Of a stretch of DNA of 64,000 nt, positions 49,581 through 60,019 are shown piece by piece; position 1 is the first letter of the stretch; every line of letters begins with the position of its first letter. The notes below the pieces were generated by a model, which saw nothing but the letters and a program-made list of their open reading frames with translations, searched no databases and was not told where the DNA came from. The stretch is from Patescibacteria group bacterium. GTDB lineage: Bacteria; Patescibacteriota; Patescibacteriia; GWA2-46-9. The position numbers and the translations under genes are program-made. The DNA is taken from NCBI GenBank assembly GCA_041660005.1, contig JBAZXG010000002.1, positions 122,037 through 186,036 of the forward strand. Direction: 5' to 3'.

Positions 49581-49728
49581 GTTTTTCCCTCGAGGTCGAT
49601 TTCCGTACTACTGTCGTACGGATGGCTCGTAGGTTACACATACAAATATTTCATGTCAACTTTTTCGTAAATAAAAAAGAGTCGCCACACACGGGGCGAC
49701 TCTTTTTTATAAAGATTAAATTTACTTT

Positions 49729-50991
49729 TTATCCTCGGGCTTTCATCGCAGCTTCTAGCCGTTCCAGTGCCAGAATAAACGCCGCTACGCGCATGGTTGT
49801 TTTATACTTTTCTTTTCTTTCCCACACCGCGTTAAAGGCATCTTTCATAATTGGCTCCAGCTTGCTTCGCACTTCTTTTTTGGGCCAATAGTACCCTTGC
49901 CTGTTCTGCACCCATTCAAAGTACGAAACCGTAACGCCTCCAGAGTTTGCCAAAATGTCCGGAACGACAACGACTTTTTTCTTTGCCAATTTTTTGTCAG
50001 CATTTGGCGTTGTTGGCCCGTTGGCAAGCTCTAACACAACCTTAGCTTTGATGCGTGAAACATTCTTTTCTGTTATTTGGTTTTCAAGCGCTGCTGGGAT
50101 CAAAATATCGCAACTTGTTTCGAGCAGCTGTTTGTTACTGACGTGCTTATAATTTTTATTATCACAGACAGCGTCAACGCAGTAGACGCCATCAATATGA
50201 CCCAGCTCTTGCTTTCTCTTTAGGACATTTTTTGGGTCCATACCATTCTTTTTGAGATCAACAATTCCGCCGCTAGAATCAGACAAGCCGACAATCTTGA
50301 ATCCGGCTTTGTGCACCAGCTCAGCCATGTTGTAGCCGGCGTTTCCCAACCCCTGGATAATGACAGTTGTTTTTTGCGGTACTAGTTTCAATTTTTTTGC
50401 TAACTCTTCAAGCACCATAAAGCCACCGTCGGCAGTTGCTGTGTCTCGACCCTTTGATCCGCCGAGTGCTAAGGGTTTACCAGTTACAACAGCCGGCTCC
50501 AGGTGGCCAACCATTTGACTGTATTCGTCCATGATCCAACCCATAATCTCGGCAGTGGTGTTGACGTCAGGGGCAGGGACATCGCGGTCAGGTCCAAAGA
50601 CATCTTTCATGCTGCGCGTGAATGCTCTGGTCAATCGTTCTAATTCAGCGTGTGATAATGTTCTCGGGTCGACCGTAATGCCGCCCTTGCCACCACCCAT
50701 AGGAATACCAACAACCGCACATTTCATGGTCATCCACAGTGCCAGTGCTTTGACCTCATTAATATCGACTTGCTCATGATAGCGCAGGCCCCCTTTGTAT
50801 GGGCCGCGTGCGTTTGAGTGCTCAACCCGATATCCGGTAAAGAGTTTGCGTACTCCGGAGTCAAGCGTCAGCGGTATGGTTACCTCTACGATTCTCTCCG
50901 GTCGTTCGAGCTCTGAGAGTACAGTACGACTTGTCCCAGCGATAGTCCCTGCTTCACGAAGTTGCTCTAAAGCATTTTTGAATGCATTCAT
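49729..50991 (-). CDS. gdhA: NAD(P)-specific glutamate dehydrogenase
   Basis: KGGLRYH, GIPMGGGKGG, Rossmann GLGNAGY. Confidence 0.9.
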   Translation of the reverse strand: MNAFKNALEQLREAGTIAGTSRTVLSELERPERIVEVTIPLTLDSGVRKLFTGYRVEHSNARGPYKGGLRYHEQVDINEVKALALWMTMKCAVVGIPMGGGKGGITVDPRTLSHAELERLTRAFTRSMKDVFGPDRDVPAPDVNTTAEIMGWIMDEYSQMVGHLEPAVVTGKPLALGGSKGRDTATADGGFMVLEELAKKLKLVPQKTTVIIQGLGNAGYNMAELVHKAGFKIVGLSDSSGGIVDLKKNGMDPKNVLKRKQELGHIDGVYCVDAVCDNKNYKHVSNKQLLETSCDILIPAALENQITEKNVSRIKAKVVLELANGPTTPNADKKLAKKKVVVVPDILANSGGVTVSYFEWVQNRQGYYWPKKEVRSKLEPIMKDAFNAVWERKEKYKTTMRVAAFILALERLEAAMKARG

Positions 50992-51009
50992 GGTAATTGG
51001 TTAGGTATA

Positions 51010-52005
51010 TTACTTACTACTAAGGAGGCCGACGCGTTGTTTCACGGTTTTGAGAGTGCCATTGGCAACACGCTCTGCTCGTTTAGCGCCGTCATTGAGA
51101 GTGGTGAGTAGCGTCTTGCGGTTTTTGACTACACTTGCAAACTTTTTTTGGTAAGGAGCGAGCTCCCGAGCAATTGAATCTGCCAAACTGTCTTTGAGAT
51201 CGCTGTAGCGAATAGTCCCATCTGCATAAGCCGCTTTAAACGTAGTAACAGTTTTTGGATCGCTAAATTCTTCCAAGAGTAAAAAGAGGTTGCTGACGCC
51301 CGCGCTCATAGCATCTTTTTGATTGGTACCCGTATCGGTGACTGCGCGCATAATTTTTTTCTTGATAACTACCGGGTTGTCTTCGAGGAACAAACAACCA
51401 GTGGGTTCTGACTTACTCATTTTTCTTGTGGGGTCAGCAAGACTCATGAGTCGCGGAAAGCGGGTGTGCAGTGCTTGCGGCAGAACGAATGTTTCACCAT
51501 AGCGCTGGTTAAACTTGCGAGCAACGATGCGCGTCAATTCCAGATGTTGCGCTTGGTCGTCACCAACCGGAACAACTGGCGGCTGGTAGAGGAGAATATC
51601 AGCAGCCATAAGCGCAGGGTAGGTGAGAAGACCTGCGTTGATATTTTGCGCTTGACGCTTTGCTTTGTCTTTATATTGTGTCATGCGTTCGAGCTCAGCG
51701 ACGGGAACCAGAGTGTCAAAAATCCAAGCAAGCTCGGCATGTGCTGGTACAAACGACTGCACAAAGAGAACGCTTTTTTTGGGGTTCACTCCCGCAGCCA
51801 AAAAAGCTGCCGCCACTTGTAAAGTTTGATTTTCCTTCTCTTTAGGATCGAAGTTTTCAGTCAGCGAGTGTAAATCGGCAACCATGTAGAAACCTTGATG
51901 ATCAACTTGCAGCCGAACAAAATTTTTCAAAGCACCAAGGTAATTTCCAAGGTGGAGTGGTCCGGTCGGCTGTATGCCAGAGAGTGTTCGTGGTAGTGAT
52001 GCCAT
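51010..52005 (-). CDS. trpS: tryptophan--tRNA ligase
   Basis: SGIQPTGPLHLGNYLGAL (HIGH region), KMSKS. Confidence 0.9.
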   Translation of the reverse strand: MASLPRTLSGIQPTGPLHLGNYLGALKNFVRLQVDHQGFYMVADLHSLTENFDPKEKENQTLQVAAAFLAAGVNPKKSVLFVQSFVPAHAELAWIFDTLVPVAELERMTQYKDKAKRQAQNINAGLLTYPALMAADILLYQPPVVPVGDDQAQHLELTRIVARKFNQRYGETFVLPQALHTRFPRLMSLADPTRKMSKSEPTGCLFLEDNPVVIKKKIMRAVTDTGTNQKDAMSAGVSNLFLLLEEFSDPKTVTTFKAAYADGTIRYSDLKDSLADSIARELAPYQKKFASVVKNRKTLLTTLNDGAKRAERVANGTLKTVKQRVGLLSSK

Positions 52006-52007
52006 AG

Positions 52008-53495
52008 TTATGTTTTCTTAAAGATACCAAAAAGTTTACGCGAACGATTAATTTCGAGCTTGATGCGTTCTCTGGCAGTTCGGGTTTTAACAAATTGCAG
52101 CCAGTCAGGGGATGGGCGCACGCGCTTCTTGTCAGTAATGATATCAACAACGTCACCAGATTTCAGGGGTGTAGACACTGGCATCAGCTTATCATTGATG
52201 CGGCTCGCCACACAGTGATTACCCACATCAGAGTGAATATGGTAGGCAAAATCAATTGGCGTTGCTCGATCAGGGAGAGCAATGACGTCACCATTTGGTG
52301 TAAAAACAAAAATATTGTCAGGAAAAACGTCAATTTTTAAGGATTCAAGGTACTCGGTGCTGTCCTGAATTTCTTTTTGCAGTTTGACGAGCTTATTCAC
52401 CCAAGCAAATTTTGGGCTGTTGACCTTGACGCCTTCCTTGGGCTTTCCTTGTTCGGTGTAGTACCAGTGCGCAGCAACGCCGTAGTAAGATTCCTCTTCC
52501 ATTTTTTGTGTGCGAATTTGGAATTCCACAATTTCACCTTGTCCGACGAAGACAGTGGTGTGGAGTGATCGGTAGCCGTTCGGTTTTGGTTGCGCGATGT
52601 AATCTTTGATGCGTCCGCGCAGCGGTTTCCAGAGTTGGTGAATAATGCCGAGCACGGCGTAACACTCACTTTCCTCTTGCACCACCACGCGTGCAGCAAT
52701 GAGGTCGTAGATTTTAGAAATATCACGTTCGTGGCGAAGTAGTTTTTTATACAAACTGTAGAGATGCTTAGCGCGTCCTTGGATACTGATAACATGCAAG
52801 TTTGGCTGTTCCTTTAGTTTTTCTCGGAGCATCTCTATAACCTTAGCTAAGCTCTTCTCTTTACTGGGCGAGGTTGTTTCCATGAGTTGTGTTACCCAGC
52901 CACAGGCATCGGGATCAATGTATTTGAATGACAGATCTTCCAGTCTTCCTTTTGTTTCCCACATGCCAAGGCGAAGCGCAATCGGCGCAAAAATTTCCAT
53001 ACTTTCAAGCGCCACGCGTTTCTGTTTGTCGGGAGGAATGGCGTCGAGCGTTTCCAGGTTGTGAATGCGGTCAGCAAATTTGATGAGAAGCACCCGTACA
53101 TCCTTAGAGATGGCGAGAAACATTTTTCTCAAATTTTCGACATAGCGCTCTATGCCGCGATACTTTAGGGTACCGAGCTTCGTTACACCTTCAACAAGGC
53201 CAGCAATGTCATCGCCAAAGTTTTTTCGAATGTCCACAATGGTATAGGAAGTGTCCTCGGGGACGTCATGCAAGAGTCCAGCGATGATGGTGTTCAAATC
53301 TGTCCGCATGGTCGTCAGGTTCATGGCAGCGGCGAGTGCGTGCGTGATATAGGGGTCGCCATTGGTGCGGCGCTGCCCTTGGTGCGCGCGGTCGGCAAAT
53401 TCGTAGGCGAGCTTTACCATATCAAGATCAGCTCCTGGGAACAGGCGCTTGAGTATCTGCAGTAAGTTTTGGAGAGACTGGTTTGCTGGGGCCAC
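52008..53495 (-). CDS. bifunctional (p)ppGpp synthetase/hydrolase, RelA/SpoT homologue (short form)
   Basis: HD domain (HDVPEDT), synthetase domain (RIKDYIAQPKPNGYRSLHTTV), TGS-like C-terminus. Confidence 0.85.
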   Translation of the reverse strand: MAPANQSLQNLLQILKRLFPGADLDMVKLAYEFADRAHQGQRRTNGDPYITHALAAAMNLTTMRTDLNTIIAGLLHDVPEDTSYTIVDIRKNFGDDIAGLVEGVTKLGTLKYRGIERYVENLRKMFLAISKDVRVLLIKFADRIHNLETLDAIPPDKQKRVALESMEIFAPIALRLGMWETKGRLEDLSFKYIDPDACGWVTQLMETTSPSKEKSLAKVIEMLREKLKEQPNLHVISIQGRAKHLYSLYKKLLRHERDISKIYDLIAARVVVQEESECYAVLGIIHQLWKPLRGRIKDYIAQPKPNGYRSLHTTVFVGQGEIVEFQIRTQKMEEESYYGVAAHWYYTEQGKPKEGVKVNSPKFAWVNKLVKLQKEIQDSTEYLESLKIDVFPDNIFVFTPNGDVIALPDRATPIDFAYHIHSDVGNHCVASRINDKLMPVSTPLKSGDVVDIITDKKRVRPSPDWLQFVKTRTARERIKLEINRSRKLFGIFKKT

Positions 53496-53509
53496 ACTCG
53501 TAGCGTTAG

Positions 53510-55735
53510 CTAGTCTTCAGCCGCCTCTGTTTTATATGGACACTCTTTAGAGCTACAACGGACAGTACCTTTGGCACCCATAACGAGGAGCGACTTGCAG
53601 GTTGGGCAAAATTCACCTGTCGGGCGGCTCCAGAGGGCAAACGTGCAGTCCGGATAACGATTGCAAGAGTAGAATGTTTTTCCACGGCGGCTTCGCTTCT
53701 CTATTATATCCCCTTTACCGCATTCAGGGCACTTGATATTGAGCGACTTGGCAATTGACTTGATACCTTTGCATTCCGGGTAGCCGGTACAGCCCAAAAA
53801 CGGGCCAAATCGCCCGCGTTTCAGTTGCATGGGCTTTCCACACTTGTCGCATACTTCGTTGGTTGCCTCTTTCTCCGCAGCTTCTTCTGGGCTGCCTTTG
53901 ATGGGCTTGGTGTTTTTGCATTCTGGAAAACCAGTGCAGGCCAAGAATTTGCCGAACCGTCCGAGCTTGCTGATCATGGGTTTGCCGCATTTCTCGCACA
54001 CTTCATCCGTGGCTTCTTCTGAAATGTTTGACTTCAAAAGGAGCGCATCTTTTTCTTCGAGGTGCTTTTTAAACGGTACGTAAAAATCTCTAAGGATGGG
54101 AATGTACTCTTTATTACCCTCAGCAATGTCATCGAGATCTCTTTCTATGCGCGCCGTAAACTCATAGTCCACAATTTCTGGAAAATGTTCGACCAGAAGA
54201 TCATTAACAAGGTATGCAAGGTCAGTGGGGTGGAGACGTCGCTCTTGGCGTTCGACATAGCCGCGGTCGGTGATGGTAGAAATGGTCGGTGCGTAGGTGG
54301 ATGGTCGGCCAATGCCATGCTCTTCGAGCGCCTTAATGAGTGAGGCATCGGTAAAACGCGGGAGCGCTTCAGTGAAGTGCTGTTTGCCGTCAACGGCTTT
54401 TAGGGTCAGTGCGTCTCCTTTGGTAACCGAGGGTAGTTCGATGTCGCTTGTGTCCGTTGGATACACTTTCCGCCATCCATCGAAAGTAACAACAGAACCA
54501 CTGGCACGCAGTTCGTAGGGACGTTCTGTTTTTGCAGTGCTAATGTTGATGGTGGTAGTTGCAACTTCTGCCTCTGGCATTTGTGAAGCAATAGTTCGCT
54601 GCCAGATGAGTTGATAGAGCTTGCGCTGGCGTGGATCCAGGTAGGGGGCGACCACTTCCGGTGTTCGACGCGGATCGGTTGGGCGAATGGCCTCGTGCGC
54701 TTCCTGGGCATTTTTGCTTTTTGATTTGAAGCGTCGCGGCGTGGGTAGAGCGTACTGCTTACCATAGGCATCTTCTAAGAATGCGGCGGTGTCTAGTAAA
54801 AATTTTTCACCGAGGTTCATAGAGTCCGTACGCATGTAGGTGATGAGACCAACCGATCCTTCCTCGCCAATCGTGACTCCTTCGTAGAGCTGCTGGGCGA
54901 GAACCATGGTTTGTTTTGGGCTCATGCTGAGCCGTCGGCTGGCATCTTGCTGGAGAAGTGAAGTAGTGAAAGGAGTCGGTGGTTTTTTCTTGGTTTCTTT
55001 GCCAATGACGTCTGTGACCGCGTAGGTCGCCTTATTTAGTTCTGCAACGTGTTTGTCCGCGTCTTCCTTTGATTGAATGTCGAACTTCTCAAGTCGTTTG
55101 CCGTCAATGGCTGTTACGGTCGCGGTGAGTGGAGCATTATTTTTCGTGTTCAGGTCAGCTTCAATGGTCCAGTACTCCTCAGCTTTGAAAGCGTTGATTT
55201 CGCGCTCGCGTTCCACCACCATGCGCACCGCTACCGACTGCACGCGTCCGGCACTTAGTCCGCGATAAATTTTCCGCCAGAGAAACGGTGAAAGTTCGTA
55301 GCCGACCAGCCGGTCGAGCAACCGGCGTGCCTGCTGGGCGTTGACCAAGTTTTCATCGATAGCTCGCGGTTTTTTTAAGGCCTCTTCAATGGCCTCTTTG
55401 GTAATTTCATGGAAAGCGATGCGTTCAGTCGGCGTGTCTTTCAAATCCAGTGCGGCAACGAGGTGCCAGGCAATAGCTTCGCCTTCGCGATCTTCGTCGG
55501 TTGCCAGAATGACGCGTTTTGCCTTGGCTGCTTTTTTCTTTAAGGCGGTTACGTTCTTGCGCGCGCGGGTCGGGATAATGTAGTGCGCCGCAAAGTCATT
55601 TTCAGTGTCGATACCCATTTTTGATTTTGGCAGATCACGCACATGACCATAAGACGACAGCACCTCGTAGGGTTTGCCCAGAAATTTCTGAATTGTTTTG
55701 GCCTTGGTTGGCGACTCAACAATGACAAGTTCCAT
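53510..55735 (-). CDS. topA: DNA topoisomerase I with C-terminal zinc ribbons
   Basis: Toprim ELVIVESPTKAKTI, catalytic Tyr region, 4 CxxC zinc fingers; start at MELVIVESP. Confidence 0.92.
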   Translation of the reverse strand: MELVIVESPTKAKTIQKFLGKPYEVLSSYGHVRDLPKSKMGIDTENDFAAHYIIPTRARKNVTALKKKAAKAKRVILATDEDREGEAIAWHLVAALDLKDTPTERIAFHEITKEAIEEALKKPRAIDENLVNAQQARRLLDRLVGYELSPFLWRKIYRGLSAGRVQSVAVRMVVEREREINAFKAEEYWTIEADLNTKNNAPLTATVTAIDGKRLEKFDIQSKEDADKHVAELNKATYAVTDVIGKETKKKPPTPFTTSLLQQDASRRLSMSPKQTMVLAQQLYEGVTIGEEGSVGLITYMRTDSMNLGEKFLLDTAAFLEDAYGKQYALPTPRRFKSKSKNAQEAHEAIRPTDPRRTPEVVAPYLDPRQRKLYQLIWQRTIASQMPEAEVATTTINISTAKTERPYELRASGSVVTFDGWRKVYPTDTSDIELPSVTKGDALTLKAVDGKQHFTEALPRFTDASLIKALEEHGIGRPSTYAPTISTITDRGYVERQERRLHPTDLAYLVNDLLVEHFPEIVDYEFTARIERDLDDIAEGNKEYIPILRDFYVPFKKHLEEKDALLLKSNISEEATDEVCEKCGKPMISKLGRFGKFLACTGFPECKNTKPIKGSPEEAAEKEATNEVCDKCGKPMQLKRGRFGPFLGCTGYPECKGIKSIAKSLNIKCPECGKGDIIEKRSRRGKTFYSCNRYPDCTFALWSRPTGEFCPTCKSLLVMGAKGTVRCSSKECPYKTEAAED

Positions 55736-55789
55736 AGTAATATGAGAGACAATACGCGAAAGATTACCAAATGGCAAATGTGGGCACCG

Positions 55790-56887
55790 TTAGTGCGCCA
55801 GACGAATGAAATTTTTGCCGCCAATATCGCGTACAAAATCTTTCATTTCGAGCATGCTCATGGTTGAGAGAAGTTCGGTTAAAGTGAGCGCAGTGCGGTT
55901 ACAAAGTTCGTCAATATGGAGCGGCTGCTTGGTGAGCGCGGCCAGTACGGTTTGTTCTGATGTACTCAAGGTATTTATTGTCCTGGTAGGTTGTGGCTGA
56001 GTGCGTTCCAGTTGCAGCGCTTCAAGAATGTCATCAACCGAAGTAACAACGCGGGCACCAAGTTTAATGAGATCGTTGCCGCCAACACTGTTCGGTTCAA
56101 AAATGGGGCCAGGAACCGCCATCACTTCGCGGTTGTATTCAAGCGCCTGGCGAGCGGTGATGAGTGCGCCGCTTCGCTCTGGTGCTTCAATGACCAGTGT
56201 GCCCTTGGTGAGTCCGGCAATGATGCGGTTACGCGCCGGGAAGTGGTGCTTCGCCGGTCCAACGCCGGGTGGGTATTCAGAAAGAATGAGTCCGCCCGTG
56301 CGGACAATGCGACTAGCCAGGTTGCGGTGTTCGCCAGGGTAGATGTCTGCTTCGCGAATGGACGATCCAAGGACGGCAGTTGTTCGTCCGCCGACTTCGA
56401 GCGTGGCTTCGTGTACCAAGCCGTCGATGCCGCGCGCGAGTCCGCTTACAATTACGATGTTGCTCCGCGCGAGCGCCCGGGTCAGCTGCAATGTTACGGT
56501 CTTGGCGTATTGGCTGAATCGGCGAGTACCGACAATGGCGAGCGCGAGTTCGTTGGTGGTTGGCAGTGCGCCGGAGTAGAAGAGCACGACTGGCGCATCA
56601 TAAATTTCTTTGAGACGGCTTGGGTAGTTGGGGTCAGTAATAGTAATTGCTTGGATGCCAGCCGCTTCAAGTTTTGTTGCATATACTTCTGGCGGTTGCT
56701 TTTCTTGATTTATTTTGAGCTGTTCAGCTGTAACTTTGGTTAGTCCGAGCGTTTGGAGTTCGTGCGCAGGTGCTTGCCAAGCGGACGCACCGTCTGGAAA
56801 ATGATGGTAGAGTTTTCTGAGCTGTCCTGGGTCGGTTAGGTTCGCTAGGGCTATCCAATAGGTGGCGTCTTGATGCATGTTGTTCAC
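55790..56887 (-). CDS. dprA: DNA processing protein DprA (Smf)
   Basis: Rossmann-like IVSGLARGIDGLVHEA, C-terminal winged helix. Confidence 0.85.
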   Translation of the reverse strand: MNNMHQDATYWIALANLTDPGQLRKLYHHFPDGASAWQAPAHELQTLGLTKVTAEQLKINQEKQPPEVYATKLEAAGIQAITITDPNYPSRLKEIYDAPVVLFYSGALPTTNELALAIVGTRRFSQYAKTVTLQLTRALARSNIVIVSGLARGIDGLVHEATLEVGGRTTAVLGSSIREADIYPGEHRNLASRIVRTGGLILSEYPPGVGPAKHHFPARNRIIAGLTKGTLVIEAPERSGALITARQALEYNREVMAVPGPIFEPNSVGGNDLIKLGARVVTSVDDILEALQLERTQPQPTRTINTLSTSEQTVLAALTKQPLHIDELCNRTALTLTELLSTMSMLEMKDFVRDIGGKNFIRLAH

Positions 56888-56907
56888 TTCGCTACTATAG
56901 AGCTATT

Positions 56908-57120
56908 ATGATGTGTTCAAATTGCAGGATATCATTGGTCAACGGCGTTTGCCCTGGTTGTGGCTATACAGAAGAACCAATTGAGATAAAGAAAGAGCTT
57001 CGTCAAACAAGCGAAAAGCCGAGTGAACCCTCGAAGCGTACTGGCGAGGGTGCGCCGTCAATTCCTCCCATTGATCCACAAGAACCTCTCCCGTTTTTTC
57101 GAGATCACCATCGGCATTAA
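56908..57120 (+). CDS. small zinc-ribbon protein (CSNC...CPGC)
   Basis: 70-aa ORF followed by hairpin terminator aaaacaacc...ggttgtttt. Confidence 0.35.
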   Translation: MMCSNCRISLVNGVCPGCGYTEEPIEIKKELRQTSEKPSEPSKRTGEGAPSIPPIDPQEPLPFFRDHHRH

Positions 57121-58314
57121 AGAAACTGTAGCACGAGTATTGTCTTGACAGGAAGCGATTCCTGTGCTAAGTTGTGCCGTTAAGTGCGGTCTTGACCGTG
57201 CTTAATAAAAACCTAGAATTTTTTGTTCGGGTGTTCCTATCTGGGAGCGACGAACGCGCCGCCACCCCTCCTAAGCGACGCAAGTAGTCACCAAGTAGTG
57301 GTGTTGAGGCTTCTGCCAAAGACACCACTCGCTCCCAGTTAAGAGCTTCGGAACGAACGCGACAAAGCCTTAAGCTATACGCAGTACGCTATACGGTGGA
57401 CGGTAGACGACCGTAAGCGCCGTACGCTATACGTTGATGAATCGTAAAGGACAAAACAACCTCGACATGACGTCGGGGTTGTTTTGAAATAACTCTAAAG
57501 TGAACGTAGGGCGTACAGCGTAACGCGTCAATCCTGTTTTTGTACCTTTACGTATAGCTTACAGCGTATAGCGTAAATCTTTCGTGTATTTATCCCAAAG
57601 TACGTCACTGCTTCCATGTATTTATCCCGAAGTAAATTGAGGGACTAGTACGTGGTTAGTAGTAAAAGTCAAGGTGGTGAGAAGTAGGGTGGAATAAAAA
57701 GGTGACTGAAAGTGGCACGCCGGGGGACAACGTTCACGATCTTGAAACCCTGCGGCTTCGCGAAAGTAATTGTTTGTCCCCCGGCGCTGTTCGGATTGGC
57801 CTCGCCCTCGGCTAGTGACGCTTGCCCTTCGTGTGCGTCTTCTTCTCGTCGCCGAGCTTCTTCTTCGGGTGCCGCGCGCCGGTGCCCGCTTGAGCTGCCG
57901 CGATTGCCGTTGCCGTTGATTGGTGATGGACCGGATGGCCCGTCGTTTGAGCGGTCATGGCTTCTTCTTCCTTGAGGGGTTTGTGGTCCCCCTCGTGCTG
58001 TTTGGGGCCCGGGCGCCCCGTTCTTGTTGTCGTCGATGCTCGGCAGAGCTTCGACATTCGTTCGCTACCAGCCGGTTGCGAAGCTCCTATTGCGGGGCCG
58101 GGCGCCCCTCGGAGCAATTAAATGGTAATCCTAGTTTAAAAGAAGCGTCAAGAGAGTTTTCAAATATTTAAGTAACGAACAACGCCACGAGATGACGACA
58201 GTTACGTGGAGCCGATGCTCTCTTCGTAATGTCGCCACTCGCGGCGCTATTGGCAGGGTTACCCCTGCCTTCGTTCATTGGTGGCACCCGCGTTGCGGGG
58301 CCACCTTCCCTTCG

Positions 58315-58773
58315 TCAGGTGCCGGCGTGGTGGTCGCCGGCCGTCGTACCCGTATCGCCGTGGTGCATGGTGCCCGTCTGGCCCGTCGTCGGCGCGGCAG
58401 CGTCGTGGTCGGTGCTCAGGTGTTCGGCAATCTTCGGCGTCGTCGCACCGTGGTGGTCCATCTGGCCCGTGGCCGCAGCGTCGTGATGGACTGCCGTTCC
58501 TTGTTCAGCAGCGCCGACTTCTTTCTCGACCTTCGCGAGCGCGGTGCCGTGTTCGGCCTTCTGCATGGTGCCGTCGGTCTTGACGGTCGGGGTTGCCGGC
58601 GTCGGCGCGGTCACGGTCTTCGAGATTGCCGTGGTTCCGTGCGTGTCGGCGTAGCTCACCTGGCTGCTGGTGACGTAGAACGCGAAGGCTCCCAGTCCCG
58701 TCAGTACACCAACAACGAGATAGGTTCCCCAGCGCGGGGTCTTGGGTGGATGTTCGGAATGAACGTTCTTCAT
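58315..58773 (-). CDS. membrane-anchored His-rich secreted protein (possible metal-binding), GC-rich island
   Basis: N-terminal TM anchor (WGTYLVVGVLTGLGAFAFYV), Thr/Ala-rich linker, repeated HH motifs (AVHHDAA, MDHHGATT, TMHHGDTG, GDHHAGT); RBS ggaggg. Confidence 0.5.
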   Translation of the reverse strand: MKNVHSEHPPKTPRWGTYLVVGVLTGLGAFAFYVTSSQVSYADTHGTTAISKTVTAPTPATPTVKTDGTMQKAEHGTALAKVEKEVGAAEQGTAVHHDAAATGQMDHHGATTPKIAEHLSTDHDAAAPTTGQTGTMHHGDTGTTAGDHHAGT

Positions 58774-58888
58774 GATGCCCTCCTATGGGCTTGTTCCGGC
58801 TTTGTTAGCCGGCGGTCGTGTCAAACCAGCGGACTTGCTGGTAGACCGGCTGACGATACAATAATACCTTTCGTTTGTCAAACAAAAT

Positions 58889-59812
58889 TCAAACAATTGT
58901 CAACCATTTTGTATATTTAGAGTCTCCCGCATGAACAATCTTTCGGTAGCTCTCCTGAAATTTTAAAGTGAGTGCGCCAGCTTTTCCGTTACCGATTTTC
59001 TGGTTATCGACTTGTGAGACAGGCGTGATCTCAACAGCCGTGCCGCAGAAGAACACCTCATCTGCTTTTTTTAATTCAGCAAGCGTAATATTTTTTTCTA
59101 TAACCTTGATGCCGCTCTTCCGCGCCAGGGAAAATATTGTGTCGCGGGTGATGCCTGGAAGCACACTGGCAGCGTGAGGTGTGTAGAGTCGTCCCTTTTT
59201 CACCATGAAAATATTTTCAACCGGCCCTTCGGTAACATATCCTTTGGCGTCAAGTAAAATCGCTTCGTCATAGCCAAATTTTTTCGCTTCTAAAGTAGCG
59301 AGAATGGAAGTTGCATAATAACCAGATACTTTGGTATTGAAAACAATAGAAGCTGGATCTCGCCAGCGAATTGATGAGCAGTGAACGCGAATCGCTTTGG
59401 TTTCAAAATGTTGCGGCCATGACCAGGTGGCAAGTGCCACATGCACCGGACAGCCGACTGGCGCCATGCCCATGCGGCTTCCGTAATAAGCGAGTGGTCG
59501 CAAATATCCTTCGCTCAGTTTATTTTTTTTGACGAGTGTTCGTGCAACGTCGGTCAATTGCGCTGTGGTGTAAGGAAGATGCATTCCCATGGCGCGCGCG
59601 GAGCGGAAGAATCGCGCCAGGTGGTCAGAGAGGCGAAAAACAGCAGTACCGTTTTTCGTTTTGTAAAAACGAATGCCCTCATACACTGCGCTGCCATAGT
59701 GGAGACTGTGCGTGAGAATGGGTACATTCGCTTTTGCCATTGGTACGTAGCGTCCATCCACCCAGACAATGCTGGCTTTTGGTGCAACGCTGCGGGAAAG
59801 TTTTTTTTGCAT
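58889..59812 (-). CDS. ilvE: branched-chain amino acid aminotransferase
   Basis: Fold-type IV PLP enzyme; EGYLRP, catalytic Lys region. Confidence 0.85.
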   Translation of the reverse strand: MQKKLSRSVAPKASIVWVDGRYVPMAKANVPILTHSLHYGSAVYEGIRFYKTKNGTAVFRLSDHLARFFRSARAMGMHLPYTTAQLTDVARTLVKKNKLSEGYLRPLAYYGSRMGMAPVGCPVHVALATWSWPQHFETKAIRVHCSSIRWRDPASIVFNTKVSGYYATSILATLEAKKFGYDEAILLDAKGYVTEGPVENIFMVKKGRLYTPHAASVLPGITRDTIFSLARKSGIKVIEKNITLAELKKADEVFFCGTAVEITPVSQVDNQKIGNGKAGALTLKFQESYRKIVHAGDSKYTKWLTIV

Positions 59813-60019
59813 GGGGAGAATAATATATTTTTCTTCTTCTATATTATAGCACCTTAAATTTGTCCTGCGATGCAGGACTGTAATTTGTTCGTTTTCGTCT
59901 TCTTAAGCTGCTAACGTCCTCGGTCCGCCGAGGTGGACCTCGCGACTGTTTGTTACTCTTTTGCGCACCCAAAATTTATTAACAAGAGCAAGTCCGCCAG
60001 AGGCGGATCCGCCTTTGGC

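Noticed and set aside
58192-58920. 242-aa plus-strand ORF opposite the His-rich protein gene
   Set aside because: It is an Arg/Gly/Val-rich low-complexity translation of GC-rich antisense sequence and overlaps ilvE and the minus-strand gene. Likely spurious.
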